NCBI RefSeq assembly: GCF_018350175.1
Contig: NC_058379.1
Location: 29,884,001-29,948,000 of the forward strand
Length of the DNA: 64,000 nucleotides
Reading direction: 5' to 3'
DNA from: Felis catus
Lineage: Eukaryota
Shown here one piece after another: positions 52,001-64,000 of the stretch (within the stretch, counting starts at the first letter, position 1; every line of letters begins with the position of its first letter). Both the position numbers and the translations under genes were made by a program. The notes under the pieces were generated by a model. That model was not told the DNA's origin, did no database searches, and saw only the letters and a program-made list of their open reading frames with translations.

Positions 52001-53929
52001 TTCTCATGTCATGCCATCTGCTGCTCTCTAGAACTGAACATCCCACTTAATACATTTAAACCATAATGTGACAGGATAGCTTCCTTCTCCTAAGCTTACA
52101 GATTCCTACAGATCATCATCCCCAAGTCACACATGAGGAAACTGAGGCCCAGGCCAATGCTAAGGCTGAAGGAGGTGACAGTGTTAAAAAGTGACAGCAA
52201 TCACATGAAGGATGAGGTCCTGGCAGGTGGTGAAGTCAAGAGAGTTGCAGCGCTTTGTCCCAAGGCCATTCCAGTTGGTGACAAAATAACTGTCTGTAAC
52301 AGATTCCTAGCCAGGGCTCCTCCCCCACAGCAGGGGCCTCCTTCAGGAGCCAGAAACGCTTTGGTTTATGTGGTTTCATTCACAGGCCATCTTAGCTCTA
52401 TTTAAGCAGGAAAGCTGAAATGACTTGCCCAAGATCACTCAGCCAGTAAGTGACAGATCCAGGTTTCAAATCCAGGTCTCTGGACTCAGCAGGGCCAGGA
52501 AGAGTGAGGGCAAACAGACTGGCAGTCAATCAAGCTGGCCTGGCGCTCCCAGCAAGTGGGGGCAGTGAGGAGAACAGCAGGAGCAGGTCACAGCCTGAGC
52601 AGGTTGGCTCCAGCCCCTTCTTTTCCCAGTGGCTCCCCAAGCCAAGTAGATGGAGGTTTCTGGTACCACACCCTTGCATTTGATGACCCCCCTGACCCAT
52701 TAAAAGCACTTTCAGTATCTCACTAGGTCTCTATAACAACCTCAGGAGGGGGCAGAGCTGAGATTATTTTACAGATGACAAAGCAGCCTCAGAAAACTTT
52801 GGGAGCTCAATAACCTCCCCATCAGGATATTCCCTGGTGTACTCAGAAATAATGTGACCTACAGGCACAGAGGCCATTCACCTAATATCATAGCTGATTC
52901 CATAGGGAAACACCTGCCATCATGCTCCCTGAGGGAGGTGGGCTGAGGCCCCAAGGCACCCTGGCAAAGGATGAACAAAGCATGAACAAATGACGGGCAC
53001 AGGGGGAGGTCAAGCCCAAGAAGTGGGTCCCCTGTGAAGTCTTATTGACAAGAGTTACCAAGAGAGGTCTTCTCCTGACCCCCTAGTCTTGGTCCACTTG
53101 ATCCACCACACTCAGAATCCATGAAATGGGAAGGCGTGTTCATGACACAGATTTCTCTTAAAATCAGTGTCTAGTTCTCACCAGGCTGGGTCCACATGGT
53201 GTTTTCTCCCTCACCTCCCACTGACATACCTTCCTTACATTGCCACTGTTCATCTGACCCTTCCTCTTTCCTCTCCTAAGGGAAGGGAAGTCTCCCAAAG
53301 GTAAAGGTTAAGTCTTGGGGTGGTTAAGAGGGAGCTTTAGGCACCAGAAAGAGCTGTGGTCCAACTTTCAACTACGTGTAACCTATGAGGTCTCTTCCTG
53401 TTCCAGAACTCGGCTCTTGATTCAGGTCAAAAGAGGTTTTAAAAATTTTCTCCCATATGCCTCTCCCTCCTTTCCCTGACCCTTCTTTCCCTACCCAACT
53501 TGTACATAAAAATATGGACCCTCGAAAAATTAGTCGGAGTCTATTATAGTTTGTTCAATGATCGGGTTTATAAGGCTAGGGAATGATGCCATACACTCAT
53601 CTTTGCCAGGGGACTGCCCCAGCTCTGTCTCTTCCGTCGCTCCCTTTCCCCCTCCACCTTTTCATTGAGTACCCCTCTCCTCAAGCCTTCCTGTCCTCCC
53701 TTCTCCTTCCTTCCCTCCTGGACCCTGCACAGTTCCTTCCACTAGACCCTCGATCTGAAACTCTGGACTCCCAGCTGAAGGGCTGGAGGGGCTCTCTTCC
53801 CTCGCCCAGTGGGCACATCGGGGGTCATCTACCCCTGTCTTCTGCCCACGATCTGAAACAATCTGGGGCCGCCTTCCCTTCCTGCCTCAGAAACCCCCCG
53901 GCACTTTGCAAGCTCCTCACTCCCAGCTG

Positions 53930-54350
53930 GTTTGCCCGCCCTTTCCCTTCAGTCTCAGTGGCCGCCTGGCAATAACGGAGCCACTCGGTGCCCTCAGAAG
54001 GCCCTGAACACAATGGTGGCTCCGATCACCGGGGCATAACTGACCGTGCGCGCGCCCCGCAGCCTGTAGCCTCTGGTGCCGGTTGCCAAGGCAACCCGCC
54101 CACTACCGCCCCAAGCTCCCAGCATGCTCCGCTCACCAAGCAGCGTACCAGAACCGCGACAGCGGGCTTACTGAGCAAGCCCAGGTAGCTCCCAGAGTGC
54201 GCCGCGCGGGGGCGGGGCTCGAGCGGGACCGGCGTCATCCGCTTGCCCATCAGACCCGCGGGCGGGGTGTACCCGCTGAAACCCCGTCCAGTGGGCAAAC
54301 GTGTTGGGGGGAATAGAATGCTCCGCCGAGGGCCAGGCATGAGGCATGCA
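53930..54350. promoter_or_regulatory. Orphan CpG island with palindromic RFX X-box (GTTGCCAAGGCAAC, 54082-54095) and GC boxes
   Basis: Abrupt CpG enrichment; GGGGCGGGGC and GGGCGGGG boxes; GCGCGCGC; X-box matches GTNRCC-N(0-3)-RGYAAC. Confidence 0.7.
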
Positions 54351-54688
54351 TCCAAGAGGAAGTTCATCTGGCTTTATTTTTACCTTTGCAATGACCTTTT
54401 TGTTAGCATCATGATTTAAATTTGTTATAAAGAATAATGTGCAAGTGCTGGTGGCTGGGTGCCCCCGCTTGGGTCAGGCTGAAATGAACTCCCCCCCGCC
54501 CCCCTCCGCCACCAGCCCTTACACTTCAGCCTCTAAGGAGGAAACCATGCTGGGGAATCTGGTGATTTATAGTTGTGTATGTGTTTACTAGAAGGAGTTC
54601 AGATCATGCCACCCCAGAATATGCCACTCTGACAGGTTGACTAGTTTGAATTAGACACTCAAAAAACTTAAATGCAAAAAAGTTGATA

Positions 54689-55097
54689 TGATGTGGGCGG
54701 GGAGGGAATGGTCAAGAAAGAATTCTTGAGAGGTTTCAGTGCAAAAAAGTGTTTTAATTAAAGCGCAGCTGACAGGGCCCATGGGCGGAAAGAGATGCAC
54801 TGGGAAAGTAAGGAGCGATTGATTAGATATTTTTAAGTTGGACGGGGTGAGTAGAGATAGTGGAAGTTTCCAAAAAGATATTCATATATTAAAACTTGGC
54901 AGGATCCTAGAGGTCTGGCTATTGTCAAGCTAGGGGTTGTTTTTTGCCTCTAGCAAAGCATTAACATTAAGTCAGTTTTGAGTTCCTAGAGGAATATCAC
55001 ACTTTGCAGGTCTCATGGTCTCACATATTTATTGATGGGCTGCAAACTGCAAGGAAATTTAATTTTATCTACATATCTTTTGCCTTTGTTCTCATCA
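54689..55097 (-). mobile_element. ERV solo LTR, same family as 60849-61441, inverted
   Basis: TGATG...CATCA termini; aaagaattcttga...gtgcaaaaaagtg...ttaaagc...gacagggcc matches the reverse complement of the 3' end of the 60849 LTR. Confidence 0.7.
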
Positions 55098-55337
55098 GAA
55101 ACCACTCTTTCCTTTTTCTTAGAAGTTACTGGAGGGGGGCATCTGTGTCGTTAAATTGGCGAGCTTCCTACTCTTGATGTCAGGTCATGATCTCACGTGA
55201 GAGATCTGCATCTGGCTCTGTACTGACAGTGTGGGGCCTGCTAGGGATTCTCTCTCTCTCTCTCTCTCTCCCTTTCTCCTCTCCCCAACCCCCTGCTCTT
55301 GTGCACTCTCTCCCTCTCTCTCTAAAAAAAAAAAAAA

Positions 55338-55904
55338 GTTACCAGTGGGGAGTGTCTGCATTGCGTGAATGGAGTCTGGGTTCTTGGATTCCCCACAAAA
55401 GATTTACAGAAAGATTTACACGAGGATCTGCATTCAGATAAAGACAGCCAGAAGGAAAGTAGCAAGCAGAAAGCAGTTTATTAAGGACAGTGCATTCTCA
55501 AGAGGGAAGAGTGGTCAGTCCCAGAGATGGCAGTGCACCGGGGTTAGGGCTGCCTTTTCTTTTTATGTTTGTGTAAGTTATGAGTCATAGTTAGGGTGAT
55601 CTCCCGCTGAAGTTGTTTCTAATCATTGAAGGGACTCTTCCTACCAGTCAGAAGGGGGAGTTTTGGGCCCTACAAGTTTCTTGCTGGAACTGTCATGGAA
55701 CTATTACTCCCATATTGGGGGGTGGATGTCAAAACCACAATGTAAATATATTATAGTGAAGCCATAGGTTACCCTGGGGCAGAAGTTGAAGAAGAGGGCT
55801 CATATTCTGCACCAGTGGCTCTTGGTCTGTCAGTCTCCAGGTGTCTAATGTGTCACCTATTTATCAGAAGCCTTATTTCCTCCAGTTCTTGTCTAACTCT
55901 ATCA
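55338..55904 (-). mobile_element. ERV1-type LTR (antisense)
   Basis: gttaccag...gggttcttggattcc...aagcagtttattaagg...ctaactctatca; antisense LTR pattern with a reverse poly(A) signal. Confidence 0.6.
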
Positions 55905-56229
55905 AAAGCAGGAGATGAAATTCCATGCAGAAGATACCTTCCCTAAGTTAGAAGGAAGTAACATTCTTATCATGGATAAATTGAGACCAAGAGAATTCTG
56001 TACAAATAAACCTTATTAAAATTGTTACCTTCCTGGGGCACCTGGGTGGCTCAGTTGGTCAAGTGTCCGACTTCGGCTCAGGTCATGATCTCACAGTTTG
56101 TGAGTTCAAACCCCTTATTGGGCTCTGTGCTGATAGCTCAGGGCCTGGAGCCTGCTTCGGATTCTGTGTTTCCCTCTCTCTCTGCTCCTCCCCTCCTTCT
56201 CAAAAATGAATAAACATTAAAAATTTTTT

Positions 56230-57733
56230 TTAATTTAAAATAAAAAATAGCTTCCTTTCCTGTTTCTTATTCTCCCCTTGATCTCGGTTGTAATACACCC
56301 AATTGGCAGCTTGTAAGAGCTCCTCCAGTGTCCCTTCCTGGTCAACAGCCAATTTCTGCAGCTTCCTGTGAATATCTGGGGCCAATTTGTCCTTTAAAAT
56401 CGTCTCAGCCTCAGGGGTTTCAGGGGAGATAGCCATATATTTAATGAGATCCTCCCTCAACCTCTCTGGGAAAGGCCACTAGGCTCTCATTCTGAGTTTG
56501 TAAAATGGTGGCTAATTTAGTATAATTTAAAGGCTTAACTTTGGACTTCCTTTTTAATCCTTCTAAAATACAGGCTTGCAAATGGAGCCATACTACTCCC
56601 CAATGGGGTGGTCATACCCCAATTAGGATCTTGGGGTGGAACTCCCTGGGTCCCAGTAGGGGACCGCCAGTCTCATGATAATAAGTTGCTTGTCCCCATG
56701 TTTCTCGGCTGCTGCCAGAAGTCTACATTTTTCTGTTTCATTAAGAGTCTGATTCAACAAAAGCATTCTTTCCAGGTCAATTCAAAAACGCAGGTAATAT
56801 TTTGAAAAGTCTCTATGTATTTATCTGGATCATGAGAAAATTTACCTAGACATCCTTTTATTTGTCTTAACTCTTGCAATGAAAAGGGCATTTGCATTCT
56901 CGCCATAGCGATGCCTCTTTGTGCTCCCCTTCCTGGTGCTCAAGCTTCCTGTAGGGGACACATGCTTGTCATGTCTCCAGGAGGGCCTGGATAAGGTAGG
57001 CAGTAGGGAGCAGAAGTGCACGTGTTTAAGTCTGGATATATAGATTGAGAACCTGAGGAGGAGGGGGTTGAGGTGGAAGGCTTTCTTTCCTCGTTCTCTA
57101 GGTCTGCTTTGGGTACAGGCAAGGGGCCTTGAATTATTTCCCCTCCTGACTGATTCCAAGCAGCTGGACCTTGGAAAGGGCTGCCAATAAGCCAGGGTCA
57201 ACCTTGCATTGCATACACATATGCCGATTTCCTCTTAAAGCCCAGAAACATTGCACATAGGGGACCTCACTTCACTTTCCTTCACATTTACAGAGTAAGT
57301 CCAATTGTAAGGTAGTATTGCAATTGGCACTTTCCTCTGGCTTCCAGGTTTACTTCTCCAATTTGTATTGGGGCCCAGCCTTGGTGGAAAAGAAAATGAA
57401 TTGGTTTTTTCTTCAGGGTTTGCAGATCAAACTCCTCCCAACTTCTGAGGCATCTGGTTGGCTCAGTAGGTTAAGCGTCAGACTCTCGGTTTTGGCTCAG
57501 GTCATGATCTCGGGGTTCATGGGACTGAGCCCCACATCGGGCTCTGTGCTGACAGTGCAGATCCTGCTTGGGATTCTCTCTCACCCTCTCCCTCTCTCTC
57601 TGCCCTCCTCCCGCTCATGCTTACATACTCTTTCTCAAAATAAATGGACTAAAAAAAAATAAAATTAAAAATCCTCCCAATTTTTCAGAATGCATCCCAA
57701 AGGAGCACTGACTTTGACTGGGGAATTATCCAT
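56230..57733 (-). mobile_element. gag: Decayed class I (ERV1; HERV-W/ERV9-like) gag remnant, split by a SINE (57447-57670)
   Basis: MDNSPVKVSAPLGCILKNWED; QTLKKKQFIFF...TTLQLDLLCKCEGK*SEVPYVQCFWALR; LHLQACILEGLKRKSKVKPLNYTKLATILQTQNESLVAFPERLREDLIKYMAISPETPEAETILKDKLAPDIHRKLQKL...YYNRD (MA and CA/MHR motifs, with stops). Confidence 0.88.
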
Positions 57734-60700
57734 CTATAGGAAAAAGAGGAAAAGGTGTCCCTTATCTTGACTTCCTATAGCTGGCCAGGAGAAGCCTTAT
57801 TTCCTGGCCCCAAGAGTTGGCCAGAAGCTTCATCTCCTGGCCAGGTGTTTTGGCTGACTATGTGACTGGCAGCCAAAAGCCCTGTTGATCTCTTAAGATG
57901 CTGGGAGTAGTCACTCTTACCCAGGCTTGGCTCTACCGCTGAGAGCTGACCTTGTTTTCCCTGATTTCTTCTACCCCTCAATTTCCTGCCTGCAGGACTT
58001 TGGGGGGATCGACTGTGGCCAAACAAGCCTCCCCTGGTTGTAGAAGGATCACTAATTTTATTTTGGCCTGTCATCAGCATAAAGATAATAAAATCGCTCC
58101 TCTTTACAAATATATTTTAAAAGGCTGGTGAAAACCATTCTTTTAAGGATAAAATTGGCCACTGGTGCAGGGGTTAAAAGGGTCAAAATCGAGGTCTATT
58201 TCCCTGCCTTTTTCAGTAATGTGCATATAGATATGTTGCAGCCATATGTTGCCACTCCTCCTCAAAAAAAACATTAAAAAAAAGCCCATCATATACCAAG
58301 GTCACCATCCCTCATAAGGCATAGGCACCCATTCCTTTGCTAAACAGGAACAACATTCGTGTGGGTTGTTTGGAGGCAGGCAGCAAGGGCATCGACACTG
58401 TTTTCCCAGCCTTTGGATCAAAGGAGGGGCAATTTCAATCAGAGCTTGAGCAAAACAACTCAAAAGGGTGTGTGCTATCATGCCCTTTTGGTTAAAATCA
58501 CAGTCCTTTCCATTTTCTGGGCAGACAAAAGAGAAAAAAACAACTTTGTTTACATTTTGTTTATCAAGAGTAAACCAACAATCCAAGAAAACTTTTCATT
58601 TTTACAGAGAGTAAAGCAGAATTTTAATCTTATACCAGTGTACTTTTAAAATTAATTTATTTTGGAGGCACTTGGGTGGTTAAGTGTCTGACTCTTGGTT
58701 TTGGCTCGGATCTTGATCTCTTGGTTCATCAGTTTGAGCTCCTCATCTGACTCTGCTGTGCTGGTAGCACAGAGCTTGCTTGTAATTCTCTCTCTCCCCT
58801 TCTCTCTGCACCTTCCCCACTCATACTGTCTCTGTCTGTCTCAAATTAAATAAATAAACTTTTTAAAATAAATAAAATTAATTTTATTTTAAACTTAGTT
58901 TTGACTACACATTAAATTTTTTATTTATTTTTTTAATTAAAAAATTTTTAATGGTTATTTACTTTTGGAGAGACAGAGCTTGAGTGGGGGAGGGGCAGAG
59001 AGAGAGAGAGGGAGACACAGAATCCGAAGCAGGCTCCAGGATCTGAGCTGTTAGCACAGAGCCCGCGCGGGGCTCGAACTCACATACTGTGAGATCATGA
59101 CCTGAACTGAAGTCAGAAGCTTAACTGAGTGAGCCACCCAGTTGCCCCCACATTAAATTTTTCATAGAGCTTTTCCTTTAAAAACCTTTGACAACTTTCT
59201 TTTGCTTTTAGATTTTGACCTAAGCCCTTTTTCTCCAATCAGTCTCATTTAGGACAAAATTACTTTCTTTTACCTTCAACAAAAATATATTCCCATTTTT
59301 TTTTAGATCTTTCTTATCTATCTTCTGCTTTTCTATATACAGAGTTGCTTTCCTTATTTCCATCGTCTTAAGCACATTTAGTAGAATTTTAACTCTTAGA
59401 AACTTTAGTGTCCAGTGAAAACTAAATAGTAACTGATTGTGAACTGTTACATCAGAATTTTTTTAGATGGCAAATTTATCAATCAGTTAAGCACAAAGCA
59501 TGTTTTTTAAAAGATTTAAATATGTTTAGTTTTTCTGAAATAAGAAGCCAAAAGCATAAACTTATGTTTAGTAAGCAATGCCCTAGCATTCCATTGGATT
59601 TGGAAAAGGAATAAATGTCCAATGAATTTAATTCAGTTTATCATCCAAGCAAAACTCTAAAGTTTCAGGTTACCAAAGATCCTCAAAGCTATTTTACCAA
59701 TTACCCATGAAAATTTTGAGACAGAGGCGCCTGGGTGACTCGGTTAAGCGTCAGACTTTTGATTTCAGCTCAGGTCATGATCTCATAGTTTGTGGGTTTG
59801 AGCCCCATGTGGGGCTCTGCACTAACAGTGCAGTCAGTGCAGTGCCTACATGGGGTTCTCTATTTCCCTCTCTTTCTGCCCTTCCCATGCACTTGTTCTC
59901 TCTCTCAAAATAAATAAACTTATAAAAAAACGTTGAGACAGCAAAATTAACCAACATTTAAGTCACCTTTTTGCTGACAGATTGCAAGAGAAATAACATG
60001 AGCTTGTTTGACCTTCAGTAAACCTAGATAGAAAGTTTTATACTTAATGCTGATAACTCTAAAGCCATGTTTATCTTATTAAAGCAATAAACTTAAATTA
60101 GCTTAAACACTGAATATGTTCCACCTGTGTCCATTTAAAAGTCAATAAATTTGTTCACCATTGTCAATTTTTACCTGGGCACCAGTGAGGAAATCTGAAG
60201 TGGGCAGTATAAGTCTAAGGGGGTGTTCTTCACTCCTTGACCACGAGGGGAACAGGAGGGGCCCATGGTGTCAGAGGCATGGAAGATGGTGTAGGAGACA
60301 GCTGTGCAGGCTGTGCCCACGGTAGTGGAGAAGCAGGAGGAGGGGGAGGGAAAGGCAGAAGAGGTGAGGTGTTGCCAAGAAGCCTGGTGGCAGATAAAAG
60401 CCCAGAGGTCAGAGAAAGAGGGCTCCCAGTCCTAAAACTTGTCAGCTTGGACAGATGAGTGGATGCAGATTTTTTTCCACCAACAAGTGGAAATGGGGAG
60501 TCTCCAGAAAAGAGAGGGAACTTCTTTGAAACAAAAGTTTTGACAGCTGCTTGGAAATATTCCTTAAAGTCCACATCCTGTCCCGAGGTAAACTAACCAG
60601 AGACATTTGGCTCTGATTATCATTTTCATCTTGTGGGAGCCTGCCAAATGTCTTCTCTCCCTATGCCCCTCAGCAGCAGGAAGAGGGTAGTAAGCCCAGA

Positions 60701-60848
60701 AGGTGTTGAAGTAAGTCCTGCTCCCTGCCCCACAAGAGACATTTGAAAATAAAAGGTAAAAAAAATGGGGAGCTGGGAGGTGAACTGTGCCAGAGTGTCA
60801 GAAATGGAGGCAAGCTGGGGCGCCTGGGTGGCTCAGTGCTTGCCATGG

Positions 60849-61441
60849 TGATGTGGGAAAAAGGCAAATGAAAAATTAAATTCCCTTACTGCCTACAGCC
60901 CATTGACAAAATCCTTGAAACAGGAAGAGTGACCTTCCTCTAAGCGCTCAGCTGCTTCGATGATGACACTTTGCTAGGGGCAAAAGGGAATCTTGGCTTA
61001 ACATCCTGACCCCCACCCCCCAGGATACTGTGAGTCTCCTTATACACTTAAAAATTCATTTGCAAACCTCCTTTATCTTTAACCCCCAAGTATATGTTGG
61101 TAATTATACTCCAAGCATATGGCCCCTGATACACATCTGAAGGATCTCATGATTGAGGTTTTACTAAATAGTAATAAATGACATTTTCCTGACAACAGCT
61201 AGCCCCTCAAGGTCCTGGGAACCTTGCTTCAAAAATTCCTTAGAGACTTATGCTGTCCCTAACTTGCTCCCAACATGAAGGTATATAATTCAGTCACTCT
61301 TAACAACCTCAATGCAGCTTTTTCTGCCCACAGGCCCTGTCCCCATGCTTTAATAAAATCACCTTTTTGCACCAAAGACATGTCAAGAATTCTTTGTTGG
61401 CTGTCAGCTCTGAACCCCACCATCACCCCAAAACCCCATCA
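60849..61441 (+). mobile_element. ERV solo LTR with TATA (gtatataa, ~61281) and AATAAA (~61352)
   Basis: TGATG...CATCA inverted termini, about 590 bp, U3-R-U5-like signal order. Confidence 0.8.
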
Positions 61442-62123
61442 ATATAGGATAGAAATGAGGGCATTAGCTGCTACTTACCTACAGTTGGAGGATGTTGAGA
61501 TTCCGACAAGCTCCCAAAGAAACTTTGTAGGATTATTTACCTCAATACCTAGGGTTTATTGTCTCACCACTTCGAAGAATGAAGAGGTAGACACAAAATA
61601 AAATGAACAACAGGCAAAAGTTTATAAAAAAGCTAGAATACGTGGTGTCTGGGTGACTCATCAGGTTAAGTGTCCGACTTCAGCTCATGTCATGATATCA
61701 CGGTTCATGAGTTTGAGCCCCACGTCAGGCTCTGTGAAAACAGCTCAGAACCTGGAGCCTGCTTTGGATTCTGTGTCCCCTCTCTCTCTGTCTCTCTGCC
61801 CACTCTCTCTCTCTCAAAAATAAATATTTAAACATTTTTTTTAAAAAGCTAGAATAGCAAAGGTAAGAATAGCACAAAAGCTCTCTTTGCAGAGAGGGGG
61901 CATCTGAAAGTGAATACCCCTATGAGAAAGCAACTTTATTTTATGGGGTTTTGGTCCATTTCCCCTTTTATTTTCCTTTTATTAGCCTGATAACTCTTGG
62001 TGCTGAGTTATTCAGTCCTGTGGGAAACATGAGGGGGGAGTAGGTAGTGCTTGTTACATTCTTAAGACAAACTTTACATCTGAGGGAGTTTCTCTCATGG
62101 TCAGACATTCCCAGCACTGTTTT

Positions 62124-62565
62124 TATTTATTTATTTATGTATGTATGTATGTATGTATTTATTTAATATAATTTATTGTCCAATTGGTTTCCATACAACA
62201 CCCAGTGCTCATCGCAGCGGGTGTCCTCCTCAATGCCTATTTCATTCACAAAAATAAACTCAAAATGGATGAAGGACCTGAATGTGAGACAGGAAACTAT
62301 AAAAACCCTAGAGGAGAAAGTAGGAAAAAAACCTCTCTGACCTCAGCCGCAGCAATTTCTTACTCGACACATCTCCAAAGGCAAGGGAATTTAAAAGCAA
62401 AAATGAACTATTGGGACCTCATGAAGATAAAAAGCTTCTGCACCGCAAAGGAAACAACCAGCAAAACTAAAAGGCAACCGACAGAATGGGAAAAGATATT
62501 TGCAAATGACATATCGGATAAAAGGCTAGTATCCAAAATCTATAAAGAACTCACCAAACTCCACA
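62124..62565 (-). mobile_element. 5'-inverted (twin-primed), truncated L1_Fc-type insertion
   Basis: T-rich tail 62124-62165, antisense 3'UTR to ~62240, then a plus-strand ORF2 piece ([23 protein letters not shown]...[14 protein letters not shown]); perfect 14-bp TSD cccagcactgtttt (62110-62123, 62566-62579). Confidence 0.92.
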
Positions 62566-62679
62566 CCCAGCACTGTTTTAAAATATGTTTTTTTTTTTTT
62601 ACAGAGACCTCAAGTCCCAACTTTTCCCTCTCTACCTATTTAACTCTATCTTTCCCTATCATAATATGGGGGTCCCTCT

Positions 62680-63550
62680 CCTCCTGATGCTGGCAGACTG
62701 GGTCTGGGGACCCAGAGGGTGTCCTGCAAGAGCAGCCAAGAGGATCTTTGGCTTCATGCAGGATGGAAATCAAACAGGGGCCAGCAGGATGTGAAAGCAG
62801 AGTTTACTGAAGATAGCAGATAACAGAGTGAGTGTCCAGGAAATTCAGAAAGGAAGGAGTCTCTCCTATGTTCAGAGTCTGGGGTTTTTACTAGAGATGG
62901 CGGTCTGGTGCCTCAGGCCTCTAGGAACCAGAGAAAAGACGAGAGCCCAAGTGCCATTCCTTGGAGCCAGGAGGGTCTTGGCATTGATGTCTAGCTCAGG
63001 TGGTCTGGAATGGGCATATGAGACTTTCTTCCAGTCATTGTCACCTGGTCCCTCCTAAGATGCTATTTATCCTAGAGAGTCATTAATGCCTTGTCCCATA
63101 GAGGGAGGATGTAGGTTATTTACAAGGCATGTGTAAAGTGGGGTGTGGGGGGGTGCAGGTTCTACCAACAGATAGAAGCAGGAAAAAAGGAGGAAAAGCA
63201 GATTTTTATGGAGTCCTTAATTTTCCCTGTCTCTCTCCCACCTGGAGGAGAGAAAAAAAACCAAAGACATCACCCAGGCTGGACTTTGTTTCCCCTTTAT
63301 TCCATTTGGCTAATAGCAGCCTGGGAGTGGGGGAAGGGGTTACCCAGTGAGCCCGCTATCCTGGGATTAGATCTATCATCTTCAGATTCCATAGCTAACA
63401 TTGACCTCTCACCACTGAGAGCAGCTCAGCGGCTGCTTCACATCACAGATGACAGCATAGCCACCCAGGCACTAAATAGTCCTGCTTCCCTCTTCTGTGG
63501 AACTTTGCATGAAAACTTTTTCCTTCGTGATGAGACCAGATGCTTGGTTG
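62680..63550 (-). mobile_element. LTR-like element (antisense), family not resolved
   Basis: gaggatctttggcttcatgcaggatggaaatcaaac...gaaagcagagtttactg pattern of antisense ERV1 LTRs. Confidence 0.45.
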
Positions 63551-63581
63551 CTGACCTTATTTTGAAAGTATAGGCAGAACT

Positions 63582-63794
63582 GGGGTGCCTGGGTGGCTCA
63601 GTCGGTTGAGCGACCGACTTCGGCTCAGGTCATGATCTCATGGCTTGTGAGTTCGAGCCCCGCGTCGGGCTCTGTGCTGCCAGCTCAGAGCCCGGAGCCT
63701 GCTTCTGATTCTGTGTCTCCCTCTCTCTCTGACACTCCCCCACTCATGCTCTGTCTCTCTCTGCTTCAGAAATAAACATTAAAAACATTAAAAA
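63582..63794 (+). mobile_element. Can-SINE
   Basis: Full length; perfect 17-bp TSD aaagtataggcagaact (63565-63581, 63795-63811). Confidence 0.95.
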
Positions 63795-64000
63795 AAAGTA
63801 TAGGCAGAACTATAATTGTATTCGTTACATTAGTAACCTCCATCCGTGTTCTGTTTTGTTCTCTACTTAATTATGTTTTATGCATCTCTTAACATCATAC
63901 ACCGATGAGGGAGCCAAAGGCAAGCTGAAGGCAAAGCACAAATTAACACCCCCAAAACTACCCCCCTCCCCAGGTGGGGTATGTGTGACATTCCTCAGGC

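Noticed and set aside
54140-54200. Minus-strand peptide YLGLLSKPAVAV resembles the GSTT N-terminus (YLDLLSQPCRAV), and GSTT genes lie downstream of MIF in mammals
   Set aside because: No suitable ATG, poor nucleotide match (e.g. AGT vs TCC for Ser), no similarity beyond 12 residues and no further GSTT exons found; probably chance in GC-rich DNA.
58302-58586. Cys-rich ORF resembling an integrase zinc finger (C..C..NNP)
   Set aside because: It lies upstream of gag, the wrong order for this provirus, and no DDE core follows.
60230-60574. 114-aa proline-rich minus-strand ORF upstream of gag
   Set aside because: No recognisable retroviral motif; the proline richness comes from a purine-rich plus strand.

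Overview
Mammalian genomic DNA from a felid (cat family), judged from about 45 Can-SINEs, including the young feline type, and L1_Fc-type LINE ends. It is a draft assembly with three N gaps. The window covers the SLC2A11-MIF locus. (1) SLC2A11/GLUT11 exons 2-12 (+, 2512-19471) all have GT-AG boundaries, but the gene looks pseudogenised: an in-frame TAG in exon 2, a 1-nt deletion giving a stop and frameshift in exon 8, and substitutions in several invariant GLUT motifs. (2) A SINE-interrupted MRPL9 processed pseudogene (-, ~22.3-23.3 kb) lies inside a dense L1/SINE block. (3) A second, much more decayed tandem SLC2A11 paralogue (remnants of exons 5, 6, 8, 12 and possibly 11, with intron homology; +, ~26.5-34.2 kb) ends in the MIF upstream region. 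(4) MIF is intact with 3 exons (+, 35387-36036), a CpG-island promoter, an interrupted counterpart of the human CATT promoter repeat, an (AC)19 tract and a 19-bp intronic minisatellite. (5) An orphan CpG island at ~54 kb carries a perfect RFX X-box. (6) An LTR/ERV1-rich block (54.6-64 kb) contains a decayed gag and a 5'-inverted L1. A nested SINE/L1 stack at ~10.3-11.1 kb appears to carry an L1 3' transduction. Comparisons with human proteins and promoter sequence are from memory, not from a database search.
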